A stretch of DNA of 64,000 bases, taken from the NCBI GenBank assembly GCA_050295515.1, contig JBNKPU010000078.1:27867-91866 (forward strand). Direction: 5' to 3'. The position numbers and the translations under genes were made by a program. The notes beneath the pieces are model-generated. The model was given only the letters and a program-made list of their open reading frames with translations, did no database searches and had not been told where the DNA came from. The DNA comes from Bacteroidales bacterium. GTDB lineage: Bacteria; Bacteroidota; Bacteroidia; Bacteroidales; UBA10428. Of the stretch, positions 39,875-48,646 are shown one piece after another. Each line of letters opens with the position of its first letter. Within the stretch, counting starts at the first letter, position 1.

Positions 39875-40339
39875 TTAGAATTCAATTGTTATAGGTGATA
39901 TTTTGAGTAAATATTCTACAAATTCATTTACTTCTATTAGATATTGATCTCTATGCAGTTGAATTGAATTAGTTCTTATAGACTTCTTTCCATTAATAAA
40001 AACATCAAACACCCATGAATCATAATACATATCTTCATCAGTGTTTATCATATGAATTCTCATTATCTTTTCCAGATGAGAGTCTATTTTAGAAATTTGA
40101 CGTTTAGTCAATTTCCTTTCTTTAGCCTCGAGAACCTCACCTAATACAATCTTATCTTCACTGAGTTGAAGCTTTTTTACATTGACCTTCAATGATGTTC
40201 CTTGTACTCCCATCTCATATCCTATATCACCACCTGACCAAGGGTAAATCAATAAGTTTAGATCAATTTCTTCGACTTGCCCCATACTTGGTAATAAGAA
40301 AAGTGTCAATAAGAGATTAATTATTGTTAATTGTTTCAT
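39875..40339 (-). CDS. Putative immunity protein (exported)
   Basis: Signal peptide; 13 bp downstream of the Rhs-M91 toxin gene. Confidence 0.65.
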   Translation of the reverse strand: MKQLTIINLLLTLFLLPSMGQVEEIDLNLLIYPWSGGDIGYEMGVQGTSLKVNVKKLQLSEDKIVLGEVLEAKERKLTKRQISKIDSHLEKIMRIHMINTDEDMYYDSWVFDVFINGKKSIRTNSIQLHRDQYLIEVNEFVEYLLKISPITIEF

Positions 40340-40352
40340 TTCAACGTTTTAA

Positions 40353-41075
40353 TTAATAAGCTTTTCTTTCTGTTCTGCGTGCTTTTCTCGATTCTTTTCT
40401 TAAATCGTTTTCTGTAATATCACCTTTCCTAACCCCCTTGACTCCGACAGTTCGTAATTCTTCATTTTTAACTATTTGATATGTTTCATTACCTGATTCA
40501 TCGGTATAATCATAATCTGTTACTCCTAGATCTATACTACCACTATTAATATGATCTGCATGTATAAACTCATGACCTGCCACTATTTCATCAGGAGCTT
40601 CAGTTTTTGACAATTCACCAGTTTTTGTGTCTTCTGTTAGAACTTTACTTGCCTCTTCTGGATCTAATACAATATCAGTCCCTGATCCTTGAGAACAAGC
40701 AGCATCAAGAAAGTTAGTAGGACTAATTCCACTTCCTCCTCCTTCAACTACACTAATTGTATTTGTATGTGAATTATCAATAAGCCTTTTTACTAAGGCT
40801 GTTCCATTTGGTTTGTTTCCATCCTTGCTCTTTCTGATTGAAACTTCGCCGGTTGTTTTATTATATCTCAACTTATCATTAGAAAGCTTTCTTAATTGTC
40901 TCATGGCATATCTCCTGTTGGAACGTCCTTCTGTTGTCGGAATAATAACTTTTCTACCATCAGGGTTTATGAATTTGATTGGATTGTTTAAAGCATATAT
41001 ATATGGACTCCAGTTGTAATATTTTTCTGCCAATGGATCAACCACATGCCACCTCCCCAAAGCAGCATCGTACAT
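40353..41075 (-). CDS. Orphan Rhs core end plus M91 (NleD-like) zinc metallopeptidase toxin domain
   Basis: [14 protein letters not shown]...[18 protein letters not shown]; [21 protein letters not shown]...R..Y; Rhs homology begins abruptly at 41090. Confidence 0.85.
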   Translation of the reverse strand: MYDAALGRWHVVDPLAEKYYNWSPYIYALNNPIKFINPDGRKVIIPTTEGRSNRRYAMRQLRKLSNDKLRYNKTTGEVSIRKSKDGNKPNGTALVKRLIDNSHTNTISVVEGGGSGISPTNFLDAACSQGSGTDIVLDPEEASKVLTEDTKTGELSKTEAPDEIVAGHEFIHADHINSGSIDLGVTDYDYTDESGNETYQIVKNEELRTVGVKGVRKGDITENDLRKESRKARRTERKAY

Positions 41076-41102
41076 CCTTGCCCCGTAATCCTGACAAACT
41101 GA

Positions 41103-41750
41103 TTAATCATTCTTTGGATTAAGTGAAATATGCTCTTTTGGGGTAACCACATCATCTTCTTTAAATGGTGATTTATCTTTCCCCTTATATTTAAATCCTT
41201 CTCTTATTTTATTAATATACCTGACTCTTTGAGACGATTTTGATTCAGCTTTCAACAAATCCAATATTTTTTTAAATAAGGGTATTGTAACCAATAAAAT
41301 GAGAAGAACACCTATTAATAATGACCTGTCTTCCTGCAATTGTAATACTGGAATAATGACCAGAAAGGCTGATATTATCAGGAACATGGTGTATACAATC
41401 CATTTGACAACAATAAAACCTTTATAAAAATTCCTTTCAAAGTCCTTGGTATTTAACTGTAAATATTTATATGCCAAATCAACCGCTAATGGATAGTCAT
41501 TCTCTACCCAATCCTTAAACAGTTTTTCCCTTGCCCCTCCTTTACCCGATATTCTCTTATGATGTATCGATGTAAGGCAATCGAAGGCTACTACCATGGC
41601 AATAAACCGATTTCTATAGGAACTGCTATGATTTCTAAATTTATGGTATTTAAGAATTTCTTTCTGGTAACATGACTGTATCTTCTTAAAGGACCAGGCA
41701 GGGTTTGCTTTTAAAACTAAATAACAATCATCTATGGAATTTATATACAT
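41103..41750 (-). CDS. Membrane protein with a degenerate J-domain
   Basis: CYLVL...IQSCYQKEILKYHKF...AFDCL resembles a J domain lacking HPD; two TMs. Confidence 0.6.
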   Translation of the reverse strand: MYINSIDDCYLVLKANPAWSFKKIQSCYQKEILKYHKFRNHSSSYRNRFIAMVVAFDCLTSIHHKRISGKGGAREKLFKDWVENDYPLAVDLAYKYLQLNTKDFERNFYKGFIVVKWIVYTMFLIISAFLVIIPVLQLQEDRSLLIGVLLILLVTIPLFKKILDLLKAESKSSQRVRYINKIREGFKYKGKDKSPFKEDDVVTPKEHISLNPKND

Positions 41751-41764
41751 AACGCTATTGAAAT

Positions 41765-41797
41765 AAAAAAGACCATCCCAAAAAATTGGGATGGTCT
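41765..41797 (-). terminator. Rho-independent terminator after cysN
   Basis: agaccatccca/tgggatggtct stem plus T6 on the minus strand. Confidence 0.8.
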
Positions 41798-41823
41798 AAT
41801 ATACAAGTTTCTATATATTTTTC

Positions 41824-43107
41824 CTATACAATCATTCCGGCACAAACCGTATTATTTGTTCCTTCTTCAATAAGTATAACACTACCGGTATTTCTGTTTT
41901 TATCGTATGAATCAAAAATAAGAGGTTGGGTTGTTCTTAGTGTCATCTCCCCAATCTCATTCAGACCAACAGACTGGTCACCTTCAATCTTATCAAGAGT
42001 GTTTACATCAATTTTATAATTAACAGCCTTTATTATACAACGAACCTCTTTAGAGGTATGTTTAACTGTATATTTTGCTCCAGGCACAAGAGATTTCTCA
42101 TTTAACCAGCAAAATCTGATTGTAATATCCTGACTAACTTGAGCTTGATTATCTGCAGCAACAATCATATCGCCCCTGCTAATATCAATATCATCTTTTA
42201 ATGTAAGTGTTACAGATTGAGGTGGAAACGCAGCTTGCATTTTTTCATTTCCCATCATATCAATCCTGTCAATTTTCGAGGTTAATCCCGATGGCAAAAC
42301 CATAACATCATCACCAGGTTTAAACACGCCACCAACAACACGCCCTGCATAACCTCTGTAATCATGCCAATCTTTATTTTGAGGACGAATTACATATTGG
42401 ACAGGGAACCTTTGATCGTTGAAATTACGGTCATTTTTAATGTGAAGGTGCTCCAACAAATAAAGAAGAGTAGGACCATCATACCAATCCATATTTTTCG
42501 AACGGTCAACTACATTGTCTCCAAGAAGTGCACTAATTGGGACAAATCGAACATCTTTCACATTTAGTTTTGAGGAGACAGCTTCATAATCCTGGCGTAT
42601 TTTCTCAAAGGTTTCCTCTTTAAAATCAACCAAATCCATCTTGTTAATACAGATAATCACGTGAGGAATTTGGAGTAAGGAGGCTATAAAAGAATGCCTT
42701 AAGGTTTGTTCAACCACACCATTTCTGGCATCAACGAGAACAATGGCCGCATTGGCAGTAGAAGCACCGGTTACCATATTCCTGGTATATTGAATATGTC
42801 CCGGAGTATCGGCTATAATAAACTTACGCTTTGGTGTTGCAAAGTATCTGTAAGCTACATCAATAGTAATACCTTGTTCTCTTTCCGCTCTTAGTCCGTC
42901 AGTTAAAAGTGCAAGGTTGACTTGTTCTTCCCCTCTATTGACACTAGCTTGTTCGATAGCTTCCATTTGATCTTCAAAAATGGCTTTGCTATCATATAAT
43001 AAACGGCCTATCATTGTACTTTTTCCATCGTCAACACTACCTGCGGTAGTAAAACGAAGAAGTTCCATATCGAGATATCCGCTTTGTTTATCTTTGTTTT
43101 CAGACAT
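41824..43107 (-). CDS. cysN: Sulfate adenylyltransferase subunit 1
   Basis: GSVDDGKST, EREQGITIDVAYRYF, DTPGH, NKMD; no fused APS kinase. Confidence 0.96.
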   Translation of the reverse strand: MSENKDKQSGYLDMELLRFTTAGSVDDGKSTMIGRLLYDSKAIFEDQMEAIEQASVNRGEEQVNLALLTDGLRAEREQGITIDVAYRYFATPKRKFIIADTPGHIQYTRNMVTGASTANAAIVLVDARNGVVEQTLRHSFIASLLQIPHVIICINKMDLVDFKEETFEKIRQDYEAVSSKLNVKDVRFVPISALLGDNVVDRSKNMDWYDGPTLLYLLEHLHIKNDRNFNDQRFPVQYVIRPQNKDWHDYRGYAGRVVGGVFKPGDDVMVLPSGLTSKIDRIDMMGNEKMQAAFPPQSVTLTLKDDIDISRGDMIVAADNQAQVSQDITIRFCWLNEKSLVPGAKYTVKHTSKEVRCIIKAVNYKIDVNTLDKIEGDQSVGLNEIGEMTLRTTQPLIFDSYDKNRNTGSVILIEEGTNNTVCAGMIV

Positions 43108-43127
43108 TGTTTCTAATTTTTGAAATG

Positions 43128-44033
43128 TTAAAAATACCCCTCTTTTTTTCTGTCTTCCATAGCTGCTTCAGACCTTTTATCATCGGCACGCCCACCACGT
43201 TCGGTTGTACGTGTCGCAGCAACTTCCAGAATTATATCTTCAAGCGAATTTGCTTTAGATAGGGTAAGTCCGGTACATGAAATATCTCCAATTGTTCTGC
43301 AGCGAACATCTTTCATCTCAAGTTTCTCATTATCTTTTAGCTGCATAAAAGGGGCTTTCGCCATCCAAACACCATCACGGTTAAACACTTCCCTTTTATG
43401 GGTAAAGTATAGATTTGGAATTTCTATCTCTTCCATATAGATGTATTGCCAAACATCCATTTCGGTCCAATTACTAATTGGAAAAACCCTGAAATGTTCC
43501 CCCATTTTCTTTTTACCATTGAATATGTTCCAGAGTTCTGGTCTTTGGTTTTTAGGATCCCATTGTCCAAATTCATCACGATGTGAGAAAAAACGTTCTT
43601 TGGCACGGGCTTTTTCTTCATCCCTCCTACCTCCACCAAGTGCAGCATCAAGTTTTAAATCTTCAATAGCATCCAGAAGTGTGACTGTCTGCAACATATT
43701 TCGGCTAGCGTTAATCCCGGTTTCTTCAATTGCCTTTCCCTCATTAATTGAATCCTGCACATATTTAACAATACATTGCACACCAAATTTTTCGGCAAGT
43801 TCATCCCGAAATGTAATGGTTTCTTCAAAGTTATGACCTGTATCGATATGCAACAATGGAAATGGCACTTTACCAGGCCAAAAGGCCTTACGGGCCAAAT
43901 GAAACATAATAATAGAGTCTTTACCTCCTGAGAATAATAGTGCGGGGCGCTCAAACTGTGAAGCAACCTCTCTCATCACATAAATCGATTCTGCTTCTAA
44001 CTCCCGCAAGTGGTTTATATCAAATTTTTCCAT
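43128..44033 (-). CDS. cysD: Sulfate adenylyltransferase subunit 2
   Basis: FSGGKDS, GGRRDEEKARAKER, QRPELW, MEDRKKEGYF. Confidence 0.96.
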   Translation of the reverse strand: MEKFDINHLRELEAESIYVMREVASQFERPALLFSGGKDSIIMFHLARKAFWPGKVPFPLLHIDTGHNFEETITFRDELAEKFGVQCIVKYVQDSINEGKAIEETGINASRNMLQTVTLLDAIEDLKLDAALGGGRRDEEKARAKERFFSHRDEFGQWDPKNQRPELWNIFNGKKKMGEHFRVFPISNWTEMDVWQYIYMEEIEIPNLYFTHKREVFNRDGVWMAKAPFMQLKDNEKLEMKDVRCRTIGDISCTGLTLSKANSLEDIILEVAATRTTERGGRADDKRSEAAMEDRKKEGYF

Positions 44034-44187
44034 AATAGAAAATTAGCAATTACTTATTTGTTTTTTGCAGCGCAAAGATAACAAATCTAGCACAAACGCC
44101 TAAAAATGTTATTAAGTACGAATACAAATTGATGATTATAAAGCCAATGAAGTATAATATTCAAGAAACACTAAAATACATTAAAAT

Positions 44188-47100
44188 CTATTGAACAACC
44201 AGTTTAAGAGCTGTTTGTTCACTACCCAGATTTAAGGATACGATATAAGTGCCCATTTTTAAATATGAAATATCAAAGTTATAATTAAAGGCTGAAGTAT
44301 TTTTGTTCAATAGATAAGACCTTAGCTGTTTACCGTCCAGAGAATAGATTGAAACCACAACGTCTCCCAAATAGGGTGCATCTATTTTGAGATTAAATTG
44401 GTCAATTGCCGGGTTTGGATATATCTTGGACACAACTCCACCCTCATTTTCAATAACCTTATTGACATCTCCCAGTGTAGAAGTCCAGATACCACGTCCG
44501 TGTGTAGCAACCATTAATACATTCTCAAACACATCCAATTGCCAAATTGAAACATGAGGTAATCCGTTATTGGCAAAATGCCATGATACACCATTGTCAT
44601 TTGATTCAAACAGTCCTATCTCGGTTCCGACCCAGATTGTGTTTGTATCATTTGGCAATACCAACAAATCATTTACAATTACATCCGGAAAGCCGTTTGA
44701 ACTAGTACTATCTGTACCAAAACCAGAAAGTTCCTCCCAGGTTTGCCCATAATCCATCGTCCTCAAAACCTTTGGCTTAGCACGATAAGAAAATAACACA
44801 AATGCTTCGGCAGGATTCGTAGGATGTGTGGCCAATCCACTAATATAGCCTAACTCAACACCCATGAATGTTGACATAGTATCAAATGTTTCTCCATAAT
44901 CTGTTGACACAAAGAGGTTCAAGTCAGGTTTTTTAAACATACCACCTCCTGCATACACCACTTCAGGGTTGGCTAAGGAAACTTCGACATGGTGGGAGCT
45001 ATTAACATAATTATCGATTGCCCAGTTATCTCCCAGGTCAACAATTTGCCAATTGTATCTTCCCATGCCAAAATTTACATGCTTATACAATCCCTGGCTT
45101 CCGACAGCAAAAACAAGGTTTGGGTTCTCACGTGAATGCGAAAGCTTTGTAATAAAAGGACCATCTCCATTCATTCCATTAATTGTCCATTCCCATGTCT
45201 CCCCGTAATCGTTTGATATCTTTATGTAATTTGAATAGCTACTGCCTAAAATCCGTTGAGGGTACCAGGGGTGCCATAAGGTTTCAAAACCATCTCCCTC
45301 AATTTTAAAACTATATTCCGACGAACTGGAGGCACTTGAATTCACAGGAGATTGCCATGTACCATTATCCTGCATACCTCCGATATACTCATGTTTGCCT
45401 GGACGTTTTGCCATACCATAAAATTGAGTTGTCAGGTATCCCTTGTTTATCTGCTTCCAGGTTTTGCCCTGATCGTCTGAAAAGCCTAACCCTCCATCGT
45501 TGGCATCAACAATATTAAACTCTTGTTTTTCTTCATTTGTTACAAAAAACTTCATGTCATGGTGGTCGACATGTAGGTCTTCATTGAGCCTATCATCAGC
45601 CAAAATTGTGGTATAGGCTTCCTGGAAAGATATTGTTCCAAATAGTATTTTAATTTTTGAGTCAGGAAGGCTATCAGGTACCCATTCTTCATCCTCGGGA
45701 AGATAAGGCCATATAAAGTACAATAATTTTTGCTCGTAACCACCTTGCTGGGCCAAATCAATGTTTGGTTTTGTTGAATCATATGAATATCCACTGATAA
45801 ATATATATTCCCTGCCAGATACATTGTCATTGTAGTATCTTTCTGATAGATTAAATTTTCCATTTCTGTCCTGATCCCTGAATGAAACCATTAGCTGTCT
45901 GTTGTTATCAAGGTCCCAAACTTCAAATGGAACATCGACATAATCCTGATAAGTATAATCTTCAGGTGGAACACCTGCTCCTTCTCCTTCTGGTACAGTA
46001 AAACGATGGGCTTTTTGCAAAAGACCTTTTCCAAACCTGATCTCAACCGTCACAAAATCATCCTCTTCAACATTAGCTTCTTCATCAAGACCTGTGGCAA
46101 CTGCTCCACGAAAGGCTGATCCACCAAACCCGGTAAAGCGCATATGACTTCCAGTTCCGACAGTATCAACACGAACAATCCCAGGTGAACTGGTATAAGA
46201 AAACCTTTTAAATTGTAGTAATCCCATATAAACTCCAGCAACATACACCTTATCCCTTTCAAAAGGGTGTGCAGCAACTACGTTATTAAACCACCCTTGT
46301 TGCCTATGAAAATTAATAAAGAGTCCATCTGCATTGTAATTCAAAGCCCAGGAATTTCCGCCATCTGTTGACCGGTAAACATGTGTTTGTTGCCCAGGAG
46401 CTTCAACCCCGGCAAATATACAGGACGTATCGGCAGGACTAACAGACAAGGATACCCGATAACATTCGGTAAATCCATTGGAGGAATTATGCCAACTGTT
46501 GCCACGATCTGTAGATTTTAAAACGCCCAAACTATTTGCACCTGCATAAAGCACATTTGGGTTTAATGGGTTTTGTACAATATCTTGAATAGCATAACCA
46601 ACAGTATATGGTTCTGCCCAATTTTGTCCACCGTCAAAAGATTTAAATATTCCTTTATTGGTTGCTACAACCAGAATGCTGTCATCTGCCGGATCGACCC
46701 AGATTTTATTGACAAATCTAAAGCGGTCATCGGCTGTGGTAGATGGCATTAGTTCCCAGCTTTGGCCTTTATTTACTGATACAAAGATACCATTACCTGA
46801 AACCATACCTTCGCCGCCATATCCTTCGCCTGTACCAGCATAAATAACCGGTGTATTGGATGGCGCAAATGCCAAAGCAGCTGTAGAAAGGTTTGGAAGC
46901 AATGGAGTTAGGTTTTCCCAACTTTCACCACCATTGGTAGTTTTCCAGATTCCACCACTAACAGAACCAGCAAACCAAGTATTGCCAGTTGCATCATCTG
47001 GGTCAATAATAACTGTCCTCGTCCGTCCACCGACATTTCCTGGGCCACGTTGTACCCAATTAAAGGATGCTTCAGTACTCTTAAGTTTTACTGGTTTTTT

Positions 47101-47319
47101 TTTCAGTGCTTTATTAAATTCTTCAATCGCATAATTAGGTCTATAGCCCGAATGCTCCTGACCAAAAGGCACAGTTATATTCCTGTAATAATCAAAGAAA
47201 CCATCAGGCTTGTCTTGTCCTATTTCTATAGTATCATTACTACTATCTAAAAATCCTATAAGACTAACAACTAGGAGTATTGCTCCTGCAAAAGCAAATA
47301 TGTAATTACTTAATTTCAT
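44188..47319 (-). CDS. T9SS-secreted Asp-box (BNR/Vps10-like) beta-propeller protein, paralog 2
   Basis: Signal/TM segment, RGPGNVGGR, about 10 SxDxGxTW repeats, IYPNPA...GTYIV...KLVVQ type A CTD; ATG at 47319, 4 bp after the upstream stop. Confidence 0.85.
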   Translation of the reverse strand: MKLSNYIFAFAGAILLVVSLIGFLDSSNDTIEIGQDKPDGFFDYYRNITVPFGQEHSGYRPNYAIEEFNKALKKKPVKLKSTEASFNWVQRGPGNVGGRTRTVIIDPDDATGNTWFAGSVSGGIWKTTNGGESWENLTPLLPNLSTAALAFAPSNTPVIYAGTGEGYGGEGMVSGNGIFVSVNKGQSWELMPSTTADDRFRFVNKIWVDPADDSILVVATNKGIFKSFDGGQNWAEPYTVGYAIQDIVQNPLNPNVLYAGANSLGVLKSTDRGNSWHNSSNGFTECYRVSLSVSPADTSCIFAGVEAPGQQTHVYRSTDGGNSWALNYNADGLFINFHRQQGWFNNVVAAHPFERDKVYVAGVYMGLLQFKRFSYTSSPGIVRVDTVGTGSHMRFTGFGGSAFRGAVATGLDEEANVEEDDFVTVEIRFGKGLLQKAHRFTVPEGEGAGVPPEDYTYQDYVDVPFEVWDLDNNRQLMVSFRDQDRNGKFNLSERYYNDNVSGREYIFISGYSYDSTKPNIDLAQQGGYEQKLLYFIWPYLPEDEEWVPDSLPDSKIKILFGTISFQEAYTTILADDRLNEDLHVDHHDMKFFVTNEEKQEFNIVDANDGGLGFSDDQGKTWKQINKGYLTTQFYGMAKRPGKHEYIGGMQDNGTWQSPVNSSASSSSEYSFKIEGDGFETLWHPWYPQRILGSSYSNYIKISNDYGETWEWTINGMNGDGPFITKLSHSRENPNLVFAVGSQGLYKHVNFGMGRYNWQIVDLGDNWAIDNYVNSSHHVEVSLANPEVVYAGGGMFKKPDLNLFVSTDYGETFDTMSTFMGVELGYISGLATHPTNPAEAFVLFSYRAKPKVLRTMDYGQTWEELSGFGTDSTSSNGFPDVIVNDLLVLPNDTNTIWVGTEIGLFESNDNGVSWHFANNGLPHVSIWQLDVFENVLMVATHGRGIWTSTLGDVNKVIENEGGVVSKIYPNPAIDQFNLKIDAPYLGDVVVSIYSLDGKQLRSYLLNKNTSAFNYNFDISYLKMGTYIVSLNLGSEQTALKLVVQ

Positions 47320-47323
47320 TCTT

Positions 47324-47896
47324 CTACTTATAAACTTCGTCTTCGAAACCTGTTTTTCTGTAGCCCATAACAAGTACAGAATCAATCAGGGTATTATATT
47401 GATCATAATATCCGGCCCTGTAAAATATAATTTCAGTCATCTGGTTTTTGCTAAAAGCAATATTCTCAAAAGACATCTGCGCCAGTTGATAAATAAAATC
47501 CTGCAAAATGTAATTGTCATTTATATAGCCGGAAATGCTTATTTTTTCAATACCATAGCCCCCCATATTTATAACATCAAGCTGGTCAGCCTTATCGGCA
47601 TAGAATCCAGTATCTGCAAGCACATCAACTTTGATGCGGCTTCCAGAATTATACAGGTTATCCATGACCAACATTGTTTTGTCTCCTTCATTTGGAGCCA
47701 ATGCTGTAGACATATCATAAGGGCCTCCTAGGGATCCGTCCAGTGTGCCACCCTGAAATTCAAACACTACCCAGTTTCCTGCAAGCATAGAAGGATAACC
47801 CGATGCATATTCAATCTTATAATCGCTCTCAGAACATGAAAAGAGAATTATGATGGAAAAAAAAGCAATTAAAGTATTTCTATTTTTCTTCTTCAT
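47324..47896 (-). CDS. BT2261-like (Lipid_bd-type) surface lipoprotein
   Basis: Lipobox LFSC; LAGNWVV; C-terminal GYRKTGFEDE. Confidence 0.7.
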   Translation of the reverse strand: MKKKNRNTLIAFFSIIILFSCSESDYKIEYASGYPSMLAGNWVVFEFQGGTLDGSLGGPYDMSTALAPNEGDKTMLVMDNLYNSGSRIKVDVLADTGFYADKADQLDVINMGGYGIEKISISGYINDNYILQDFIYQLAQMSFENIAFSKNQMTEIIFYRAGYYDQYNTLIDSVLVMGYRKTGFEDEVYK

Positions 47897-47933
47897 CTGT
47901 AATTTACAAATCTTATAGAATAGGATTATAGAC

Positions 47934-48644
47934 CTACTCATCTAATTTAGTCCAAGTTACTGTTATATCAATTCCATAATAAGGATCGTCCTGGAGACTA
48001 ACTACCCAGGTTAATGAGGATTTAGTATAATTTCCCTCTGTACTAGCATATCTACCAAAATCGCCTTCGCCATGGACAAGTATAAGCTCATTATTCCCTA
48101 AATCAACAAACTTTCCTTTCATCTCTGCTCCGGGATAGCCAAAAACCTCAGCACATTTATACAGCCCTTTATCATCGACCTTATCAACTCTCATCTCGGT
48201 AAGTGGTTGCCATAATGTGCCAGTATACTTGCCGGATAAATCATTCTTCGACACATCTTTATTAGTCACAGCTACTATTCTTTCACCTAGAGCAAAGAGG
48301 CCATCACTGTTTTCAGCATAGTAGAAAATCGAATACACACCAACCTTTGTCAAGTCAGCGGTACCATAAGTATATACTCTTATTTCTGTATTGTTTTCAT
48401 AGGCTATTGCTCCCGGATCTTCATATTCAATAGAATCGTTCGTAACAACAAAAGAATTAAAATCGCCCCCAATAATCTCGAAATGGGGCAAGTAAGATAC
48501 ATGTGACACTTCTGCTGATTCGTCCCAAGACTCACAAGAAGCAAGCAACAATGGGATTAAAAAAACAATAGAACTATATCGAAATAGCTTTTCCCAACTA
48601 TTAAAAATAAAACAGACAATATATTTAGCAACAACTCTTTTCAT
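47934..48644 (-). CDS. BT2262-like lipoprotein (DUF5011 Ig-like domain + DUF5012-like domain)
   Basis: Lipobox LASC; YLPHFEIIG, YEDPGAIA, GVYSIFYYAENSDG, DLSGKY. Confidence 0.75.
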   Translation of the reverse strand: MKRVVAKYIVCFIFNSWEKLFRYSSIVFLIPLLLASCESWDESAEVSHVSYLPHFEIIGGDFNSFVVTNDSIEYEDPGAIAYENNTEIRVYTYGTADLTKVGVYSIFYYAENSDGLFALGERIVAVTNKDVSKNDLSGKYTGTLWQPLTEMRVDKVDDKGLYKCAEVFGYPGAEMKGKFVDLGNNELILVHGEGDFGRYASTEGNYTKSSLTWVVSLQDDPYYGIDITVTWTKLDE

Positions 48645-48646
48645 TT

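Noticed and set aside
44188-47319. Calling the propellers GH74 xyloglucanases or GH33 sialidases
   Set aside because: Asp-boxes are structural; the first GH74 catalytic Asp and the sialidase FRIP motif were not found
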